From: an uncultured Bacilli bacterium
GTDB lineage: Bacteria; Bacillota_I; Bacilli_A; RFN20; CAG-826
Length of the DNA: 64,000 bases
Direction of reading: 5' to 3'
NCBI GenBank assembly: GCA_944327845.1
Contig: CALVHN010000001.1
Location: 323,089-387,088, forward strand
This document shows positions 57,681 through 64,000 of this stretch, one piece after another. The notes beneath the pieces were generated by a model. It was not told the DNA's origin. It saw only the letters and a program-made list of their open reading frames with translations, and searched no databases. How positions within the stretch are numbered: position 1 is the stretch's first letter; every line of letters starts with the position of its first letter. A program made the translations under genes and the position numbers.

Positions 57681-58595
57681 ATGGAAAAAACGTTAAAATT
57701 ATCAAATTTCGTTTTAAAAGTTCTTGCTTGCATTTTTATGACATTAGACCATATTGGTCTTTGTTTAAGTATTTTTTTACCTCAATCTCCAGGATTAAAT
57801 GTTGCAATTTATATTTTAAGAATTTTAGGGCGCCTTGCTTATCCAATATTTTTCTTTTTAGCAATTGAAGGAGCTAGGAAAACATCTAATATTTTTAAAT
57901 ATATTGCTCGTCTTGGAATAATATTTATTTTAATTTCAATAAGTATTATTTTTATTGAGTTTGTTATTTTTAAAGATACAACATTAGGTTTTTATAATAT
58001 TTTTACAACTCTAATTTTAGTTGTTTCAACTTATTATTTACTTGTAAGAACAAATAAATTATGGCAAAAATTTCTTGCTATAATTCCTATTTTTATTTTA
58101 ATAATTTCGTCTTTAATTGAATTTAATGTTATTTACTTTACTAATACTACTTTTGAAAAAATAATCACTTCGATTGTTCCAGATTATTCAACAATAACTT
58201 TACTTTTAATTTTCTTCTATTTTATCATTTACTTTATTTTGAATTATCGAATCGATAAAACTTATAAAATAATTGAAGCTAGTAAAAATGTTTATAGTAA
58301 CGAAGAATATAATGCTTTCTTAGAAAAAAAGAATGACTTATATCTAACAAGTACAAAAATATCTATGAGCATATCAATTGTATTTTCAAGTTTGATATGC
58401 TACCTTTTAACATATATAGATAGAATTGCTGAAACTACATTATATGCTTTATCTACTTATATGATATTCTCTGTTATATTCATTATTCTATATAATGGAA
58501 AATTAGGATTAAGCAATAAATATATTAAATATGGTTTCTATCTATATTATCCAATTCATTTATTAATTTTATTTGGAATTTTTAGTTTAATTTAA
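57681..58595 (+). CDS. TraX-family integral membrane protein
   Basis: N-terminal LKVLACIFMTLDHIG resembles the TraX signature. It is polytopic and 304 aa long. Confidence 0.55.
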   Translation: MEKTLKLSNFVLKVLACIFMTLDHIGLCLSIFLPQSPGLNVAIYILRILGRLAYPIFFFLAIEGARKTSNIFKYIARLGIIFILISISIIFIEFVIFKDTTLGFYNIFTTLILVVSTYYLLVRTNKLWQKFLAIIPIFILIISSLIEFNVIYFTNTTFEKIITSIVPDYSTITLLLIFFYFIIYFILNYRIDKTYKIIEASKNVYSNEEYNAFLEKKNDLYLTSTKISMSISIVFSSLICYLLTYIDRIAETTLYALSTYMIFSVIFIILYNGKLGLSNKYIKYGFYLYYPIHLLILFGIFSLI

Positions 58596-58608
58596 AGGAG
58601 GATTAAAA

Positions 58609-58911
58609 ATGTTATTAGAATTAACAACAATTGAACAATTTAATGAATTAATTACAAAAGGTAGAGTTTTAGTCGATTTCTTTGCTACATGGTGTGGTCC
58701 TTGCAAAATGCTTGCACCAGAACTTGTTGAATTTGCTGAAAGAGATCCTAATATTACTATTGTTAAAGTAGATGTTGATAAATTTAATTCACTTGCTGCT
58801 CAATATAATGTTAGAGCAGTACCAACATTAGTTTATTTTAATGATGGAAAAATAGTTAAAACTACATCTGGTTATATGGATGTAAATTCTTTAATTAATT
58901 TATTTAAATAG
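58609..58911 (+). CDS. trxA: Thioredoxin
   Basis: WCGPCK active site. 100 aa, with an AGGAGG RBS. Confidence 0.9.
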   Translation: MLLELTTIEQFNELITKGRVLVDFFATWCGPCKMLAPELVEFAERDPNITIVKVDVDKFNSLAAQYNVRAVPTLVYFNDGKIVKTTSGYMDVNSLINLFK

Positions 58912-58920
58912 TTTTTATCT

Positions 58921-58962
58921 TTCTTACATTCTAGCCAAAGCTAGAATGTAAGAATTTCTCTT
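58921..58962 (+). terminator. Long hairpin terminator after trxA
   Basis: TTCTTACATTCTAGC-caaa-GCTAGAATGTAAGAA with a 15-bp stem, followed by a T-rich tract. Confidence 0.6.
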
Positions 58963-59018
58963 ATCTTAAAAATATCTATTGAATAATTTAAAAGATATTA
59001 ATATAATAATTAAACGTT

Positions 59019-59092
59019 GCGGGCGTAGTTCAATGGTAGAACATTAGCCTTCCAAGCTAAATACGCGGGTTCGATTCCCGTCGCCCGCTCCA
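59019..59092 (+). tRNA. tRNA-Gly (anticodon TCC)
   Basis: Hand fold of 74 nt. The acceptor is GCGGGCG/CGCCCGC, the anticodon stem is TTAGC/GCTAA with loop CTTCCAA, the T-arm is GCGGG-TTCGATT-CCCGT, and CCA is encoded. Confidence 0.9.
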
Positions 59093-59106
59093 GAAGTTAT
59101 TCATAT

Positions 59107-59131
59107 AGCCGATTAAAAATCGGCTTTTTTA
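59107..59131 (+). terminator. Rho-independent terminator after tRNA-Gly
   Basis: AGCCGAT-taaaa-ATCGGCT followed by TTTTTT. Confidence 0.7.
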
Positions 59132-59148
59132 TTATCATAGAGGTAAAT

Positions 59149-59736
59149 ATGTTAGAAATTGTACTTGCAACAAATAACCAAAATAAAATAAATGAATATA
59201 AAAAAATATTAAAAGATTTACCAATAAAACTATATTCACTAAGTGATTTAAAAATAGATAATGATCCAGAAGAAACTGGAAAAACGTTTAAAGAAAACTC
59301 CTTAATTAAAGCAAAAAGCTTGCAAAACTGCACTAAAAAAATTATTTTATCTGATGATTCAGGTATAGTTATTGATGCATTAGGTGATGAATTTCCAGGT
59401 ATTTATTCAAAACGCTATGCTTTAAGTTTAGGTGGATTTGAAAAATGTAATTCTTTTTTAACACTTAATTATGCTAATAGTCCTGCAAAATTTACTTGTT
59501 GCATTTGCGTTTTAAATTTAACTGATGACCCTTTATATTTTATTGGAGAATGTAAAGGAAAAATAACAAATTATGTAACTAAAAATAATGGTTTTGGTTA
59601 CGATCCGATATTTTTACCTGATGGATATAATAAAACTTATGGTGAATTAACAAGCGAAGAGAAAAATAATATTTCTCATCGAAAAAGAGCTATCTTAAAA
59701 ATGATAGATTATTTAAAAGAGAATAATTATATTTAA
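59149..59736 (+). CDS. rdgB: Non-canonical purine NTP pyrophosphatase (RdgB/HAM1 family)
   Basis: IVLATNNQNKINEY, DDSGI..D.L and GFGYDPIF..SHR motifs. Confidence 0.85.
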   Translation: MLEIVLATNNQNKINEYKKILKDLPIKLYSLSDLKIDNDPEETGKTFKENSLIKAKSLQNCTKKIILSDDSGIVIDALGDEFPGIYSKRYALSLGGFEKCNSFLTLNYANSPAKFTCCICVLNLTDDPLYFIGECKGKITNYVTKNNGFGYDPIFLPDGYNKTYGELTSEEKNNISHRKRAILKMIDYLKENNYI

Positions 59737-60686
59737 CTATTGTTTTTCCTACTCTTTTTATAAAAAACAAAGAAGAAAATACCTGCAATTGCTAATGGAA
59801 TTAAAGAGCAATAAAGTAAAATATTATTTTTAATTGAGATTCCTACTAAAAATAAAATTGCAGCAATTAAAAGGAAACCAACGATGATTCCACCAAAGAT
59901 ATAAATTGTTCTTATTTTATCAGTATTTGGTATTGCTACTCTTAAATCATCAAGTTCGATATCTTCAATATTAAAATCAATATTTTCAATTAATTCATTT
60001 TCAAAATTGATAACGCCAACTCCATTAACCTTAAAATTTGACTTTTTTAAAGTTTCAATTGAAGATAAGAAATCATTAAATCTATTCAAAAAACTAGTGT
60101 TTTCCTGGATGAAAATATCAAATTCTTCTTTTTTACAAAGTGAAAAAGAATCGTTAAAAAAGTTTAATAATTTTTCTATCTGTAAAATTCCTTCTTTATA
60201 ATATTGAAAATAAGTATTGTTATAAAAAATTTCTTTTTGATACATTAATCTATTTTCTACTTGATTAATGAAATTATCACATTGATCTAAAACATAAATA
60301 ACAAATTCTAAAAATATATAAGTATTAGTACTATCTAGAACAATATCATACTTATTTAGTATCTCAATTACATTATTAAATTCTAAATTATCAAATGTTT
60401 GCCCATATATTTTAGAAAGACACATGCCTACAATAGAAGATAAATCATTGCTAACAAGACTTAAACATTCTTCATATAAATTATAACTCTCTTGATAATC
60501 CATTTTATTATAGCAAGCGTTATAAGCTCTTTTTTGATAATCACGATATAATTCTTTTGCTAACTTATAACCTGATTCATAAGGAAAATTAATTCCACAT
60601 TTAGAACAAAATACATTTTTTCCTTCACTACTTTTAGAAACACTAATTACTTTTCGACAATTTGGACAAATTATTTTCATGGTCAT
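59733..60686 (-). CDS. Zinc-ribbon membrane protein, unknown function
   Basis: N-terminal CPNC..CSKC zinc ribbon, a ~230-aa soluble region and two C-terminal TM helices. TATAAT lies 1 nt before the first ATG, so the mRNA may be leaderless from the second ATG. Confidence 0.55.
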   Translation of the reverse strand: MTMKIICPNCRKVISVSKSSEGKNVFCSKCGINFPYESGYKLAKELYRDYQKRAYNACYNKMDYQESYNLYEECLSLVSNDLSSIVGMCLSKIYGQTFDNLEFNNVIEILNKYDIVLDSTNTYIFLEFVIYVLDQCDNFINQVENRLMYQKEIFYNNTYFQYYKEGILQIEKLLNFFNDSFSLCKKEEFDIFIQENTSFLNRFNDFLSSIETLKKSNFKVNGVGVINFENELIENIDFNIEDIELDDLRVAIPNTDKIRTIYIFGGIIVGFLLIAAILFLVGISIKNNILLYCSLIPLAIAGIFFFVFYKKSRKNNS

Positions 60687-60787
60687 TATTATACTTTAAA
60701 ATAATTTTTTAAAAAAGATTATCACTTGTGATTTTTTATTTTCTTAAAAATATAAAGTTTTAGAAAGGTTTTTTAAGAAAAAAATAA

Positions 60788-60817
60788 GAAAAATAAAAAG
60801 TTCAGTATTCACTGAAC
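60788..60817 (-). terminator. Rho-independent terminator of a short minus-strand transcript
   Basis: On the minus strand GTTCAGT-gaat-ACTGAAC is followed by TTTTTATTTTT. Confidence 0.5.
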
Positions 60818-61210
60818 TCATTTTTTCCTGACTTTATACTATCACAGTGAAACAAAACGCGTCCCTACTAGTGAAATAATACAATTACTAAAAACGTTAC
60901 CATTTTCACTCCTAATTTATTTCTTCATCACCGTTTCAGTACTTAATTCCATTATATCAAAATCTCATTTTGCACCGTGTTAATTGCATTAAAAAATATA
61001 CTTGAACTTTAACGATCACGATTGAAGAACCATCTTTACTTGACAGAATTTTGAAAGAATATTGGTTATATATATTGATAGGTGTTATCGTCTTATTAAT
61101 ATTATTTATAATCATCAGTATCGCTACCAAGAAAAAGAAAAAATCAAAGAAACGCAAAAATAAAAAGCAAGATTAATTTTTGCTTTCTATTTTGCTTTAT
61201 TGTTATTAAA

Positions 61211-62044
61211 TTAAAATTCCTTTTGTTCTTTTTTAGTGAAAGTCTTTAAAGAACCAATCGTTCCTCCATCGCATAAAATATCTTCTCCAGTTAGATATCC
61301 AAGACGAGGATCAATCAAATATTTAAATAACAATGCAATCTCTTTAACATCTCCAAATCTTTGAATAGCGGCATTTTTAAGGAATGCTTTTCCTTGTGCA
61401 CTTTCAAGTTCTCCCATCGGTGTTTCAAAGTTTCCAGGAGAGACCGAAATGATTCTTATACCTTTCTTATACATATCTTTAGCACATCTTTTAGTGTACC
61501 AGACGACGAAATTTTTAGAGATTGGATAGGCTAAACTTGTCTCCATCTTTTTACCAAACATTCTTGATTTTTTAACAAGTTTTTTTACAAATTCATCGCT
61601 ATTTATGAATATTTTTGGATAATGTTTAAGTGGAAGCAACATATTAGGAAGCATATAAGCTGCCATCGATGAAACATTTAAAATAACTCCATTTTCCATC
61701 ACATCTTTGAATGCTTGGTTGACAAGATGTGTTCCCAAAGCGTTGATTTTGACGATAGTTTCAGCATCTCCCATGTGAGGAGAAACTCCGGCAGCGTGAA
61801 TGACCGCTAAGATTTCGCCTTTATTTTTTGCAAATTGAGCAAGTTTAAGAACTTCATCTTTTTTAGAGACATCGCAAGCGAATGGATAGATTGTATATCC
61901 TAAATCATTATATTTTTCGCTCGCCTTTTCTAATTTAGATAAGGTTCTTCCTGTGATAATAATTATATAATCCTTTCCAAGTTCCTCGATGGTCGCAAGC
62001 CCCATTCCGCTTCCGCCACCAGTAATAACTATAACTTTTTTCAT
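61211..62044 (-). CDS. Short-chain dehydrogenase/reductase (SDR)
   Basis: Cofactor motif VITGGGSGMGLA, an SDR-length protein, and the catalytic YxxxK region (YPISK). Confidence 0.85.
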   Translation of the reverse strand: MKKVIVITGGGSGMGLATIEELGKDYIIIITGRTLSKLEKASEKYNDLGYTIYPFACDVSKKDEVLKLAQFAKNKGEILAVIHAAGVSPHMGDAETIVKINALGTHLVNQAFKDVMENGVILNVSSMAAYMLPNMLLPLKHYPKIFINSDEFVKKLVKKSRMFGKKMETSLAYPISKNFVVWYTKRCAKDMYKKGIRIISVSPGNFETPMGELESAQGKAFLKNAAIQRFGDVKEIALLFKYLIDPRLGYLTGEDILCDGGTIGSLKTFTKKEQKEF

Positions 62045-62119
62045 ATTTATTTAACTCCTTTTGTTAATATTATAGGAGCATTCAATGAGGTATTAAATAT
62101 TTTTCGTTTTAATGCAAAA

Positions 62120-62156
62120 TAAAAACGTATGCCCTATAAAGAAACATACGTTTTTA
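62120..62156 (-). terminator. Terminator after alsD
   Basis: ACGTATG-(13-nt loop)-CATACGT flanked by A-runs and T-runs. Confidence 0.5.
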
Positions 62157-62178
62157 CATTGTTCATCAGTTTGAACAA

Positions 62179-62895
62179 TTATTTTTTAGAGTTTCCTTCG
62201 ACTGCTTCAGTTTTCTCTTTTAAATCTTCCTTTAAATTCCATTTAGCGAAGTTTTTATTTTCTGGCATCAAAACTTCCCATGTATCCAATTTATTGATCT
62301 TAACTAAAGCGTTGTTAGAAGAGACATTTAAGATATGACCACCTAATTTAAAGTCTTTAGAAAGGAAATGAATGTGCCATCCTGGAAGGTTCATTCCTTC
62401 AACATAATTAGGACTATAGATACCTACAACTACACCTTCGACATCGTGGTATTCAAATTCTCTTTGGTCGCATGCGACTTTATATAATGGTTCATATGGT
62501 TCTTCTTGTTTGAAGCAACTTCTAACTCTCACATTGAATTTACCATCCATAACGATCATATAGAAGTAATTTTTTGAAGGTAAATGAGCTTCTAAATCCT
62601 TTTTAAATTGTTCGATTGAATCAAATGTAACAGGAAGAGCTTCAACCTTATAATCGAATTTAGCAGTACAGCTAAATGGAACTTTATCTTCTTTATGCAT
62701 TTCGATTACTTTTCCAGTAGCTTGTCCGTTATAAGCTTTCCCTTTATAGAAGATAGCTTCACCATTTAATCCATCGAAAGTTCCGATTCCAGTATCGGTT
62801 TCCTTTAAAATTTCTTCAACAGTTTTAGCTCCATAATAATCTCCCATCATGAGAGCATTCAACGTCGAAACTTGTAATAATTTATTTGTTTTCAT
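62179..62895 (-). CDS. alsD: Alpha-acetolactate decarboxylase
   Basis: LQVSTLNALMMGDYYG, GIGTFDGLNGE and GWHIHFLSKDFKLGGH closely match AlsD/BudA. Confidence 0.9.
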   Translation of the reverse strand: MKTNKLLQVSTLNALMMGDYYGAKTVEEILKETDTGIGTFDGLNGEAIFYKGKAYNGQATGKVIEMHKEDKVPFSCTAKFDYKVEALPVTFDSIEQFKKDLEAHLPSKNYFYMIVMDGKFNVRVRSCFKQEEPYEPLYKVACDQREFEYHDVEGVVVGIYSPNYVEGMNLPGWHIHFLSKDFKLGGHILNVSSNNALVKINKLDTWEVLMPENKNFAKWNLKEDLKEKTEAVEGNSKK

Positions 62896-64000
62896 CGTTA
62901 TTCCCTCCTTTTTCTTCTAAATTTATATTTTCTTCATGAATAACGTTATCATTGTTTGTTTGTTTAACATCTACATTTATTTGAGGTTTAGTTTCCTCAA
63001 CTTTTGTAACATCAACATCTTTCTTTTCTTCAACATTACTTGCATCTTTTTTATGAGATTTAATGTGGAAGATCTTTGAATAAATATCGTGGAAATGATG
63101 ATGGGTACGATAGTTTCCGTTTTCATCATATACCGCTTCAAGTAATTCAGGATGAGATCTAGAGAATACTCTAATCGCATCATCGTGATTATGTTTGAAG
63201 TAGTTATTCATAGTCCACTTCGTAAAGAATGGAGCAAGAATGTTTGTGATAAACAATACGAACGCCAAAATTGCAGTCGCATTCTTTGCAGCTTCTGCTC
63301 CAGTAACTCCACCGAAGTTATATGTTGCAACCATCGCTGGAATAGAAAGAGCAACACCTGCTAATGAACAAGATCCGACCGAAGCATAGCCTGGTCTTTT
63401 TAAGATGAAACGATCGACGATAAATGGGATAATCAATGTAACTGCCCAGTAGATGACAACAAGCAATAAAGCAGCTAATATGACATCACCTTGGAATGCG
63501 TTTACAAGATCGATAGTCGAACCAAATTGGAATCCTAAGAATGGAAGGATTATAGCATTTCCGCCTTTAAATACGTCTCTAATCTTGTGGTCTAAATTTC
63601 CTAATAAGACACCAAGGAAGAAAGGAATTAAAAGCGAGATAATTTGCAAAACGCTAGTTAATACATTTCCTTCACCGCTTCCAAAGCAGCTAAGGAAGAT
63701 AAATGGAACAAGTGGCATTGAGAAGATCAACATGATAGGAAATGTACCTTTATCGCTATCATCACCATAAGGTTGAATGATACCCATATAAAGGGCGGCA
63801 TTTGCTGAAGTTAAACAGCAAACGAGAGTGATTGCATCGATTCCAGCGAACCCATTGACTCCTGCAAAGACAAATACCAAAGCACAAATAATGTAAGCTG
63901 GGATCAATCTTGCAAGTATAATCCATATACCTCTTTTACCTACTTCGATAAAATCTCTTCCAGTTATCGTAGTACCTGTACAAAATAGCATAAGTCCGAT
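62882..64000 (-). CDS. KdgT-family (2-keto-3-deoxygluconate-type) permease, N-terminus beyond the window, with a ~100-aa His/charged C-terminal tail
   Basis: GVLLGNLDHKIRDVFKGGNAIILPFLGFQFGSTIDL aligns with the B. subtilis KdgT segment [36 protein letters not shown] as I recall it. The ORF stays open to the window edge and overlaps alsD by 14 nt. Confidence 0.75.
   Translation of the reverse strand: MGLMLFCTGTTITGRDFIEVGKRGIWIILARLIPAYIICALVFVFAGVNGFAGIDAITLVCCLTSANAALYMGIIQPYGDDSDKGTFPIMLIFSMPLVPFIFLSCFGSGEGNVLTSVLQIISLLIPFFLGVLLGNLDHKIRDVFKGGNAIILPFLGFQFGSTIDLVNAFQGDVILAALLLVVIYWAVTLIIPFIVDRFILKRPGYASVGSCSLAGVALSIPAMVATYNFGGVTGAEAAKNATAILAFVLFITNILAPFFTKWTMNNYFKHNHDDAIRVFSRSHPELLEAVYDENGNYRTHHHFHDIYSKIFHIKSHKKDASNVEEKKDVDVTKVEETKPQINVDVKQTNNDNVIHEENINLEEKGGNNDENK

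Noticed and set aside
61006-61176. Plus-strand open frame ..EEPSLLDRILKEYWLYILIGVIVLLILFIIISIATKKKKKSKKRKNKKQD* (a TM helix plus polybasic tail), and the antisense track ORF 60957..61157.
   Set aside because: There is no ATG or credible RBS in frame; the only option is a TTG without an SD. It looks like the C-terminal remnant of a membrane-anchored protein, or chance. The antisense 66-aa ORF is low-complexity and has no RBS.

Overview
This is a very AT-rich, gene-dense bacterial chromosome segment with about 50 CDS, mostly on the minus strand, and 8 tRNA genes. I found no rRNA, CRISPR array, transposase or integrase.

The standard genetic code applies. TGA terminates the ORF ending at 6539, and the conserved Trp in the trxA WCGPC motif is TGG. 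Gene content suggests a low-GC Bacillota/Mycoplasmatota-like organism: SurE, Glf, cardiolipin synthase, BipA, SecG, CysK/CysE, lipobox lipoproteins and many ABC systems. That lineage call is inference only.

Most of the window is ordinary housekeeping. This includes sugar uptake with a GH2 hydrolase, asnA, glyA, the cysteine operon, malQ, rimO, peptidases, ABC exporters, typA, cls, trxA, rdgB and alsD.

The accessory part lies at about 5.7-20.8 kb and contains the following:
- A DpnII-type three-gene GATC restriction-modification cassette whose Dam-like methylase carries an N-terminal HTH.
- A 1322-aa protein with N-terminal transmembrane helices, a NACHT/STAND-type P-loop NTPase and C-terminal BspA-type leucine-rich repeats. 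This is an NLR-like architecture and my best candidate for an uncharacterised defence system.
- An 846-bp ORF-free, repeat- and hairpin-rich stretch.
- A GC-richer block ending at tRNA-Arg(CCT). It holds a tail-anchored coiled-coil protein, a MutH/MvaI-like nuclease with an extra N-terminal domain, a convergent overlapping C5-cytosine methylase, and a small protein plus XRE-HTH pair preceded by nested palindromes.

Smaller observations:
- An unannotated 44-codon ORF with a strong RBS and terminator.
- A 68-bp repeat downstream of both tRNA-Thr genes.
- A tRNA-Val with a non-canonical T-loop.
- A giant Asn-rich anchored protein.
- A candidate small transcript near 60.8-60.95 kb.

All family assignments come from motif recognition by eye, not from database searches.
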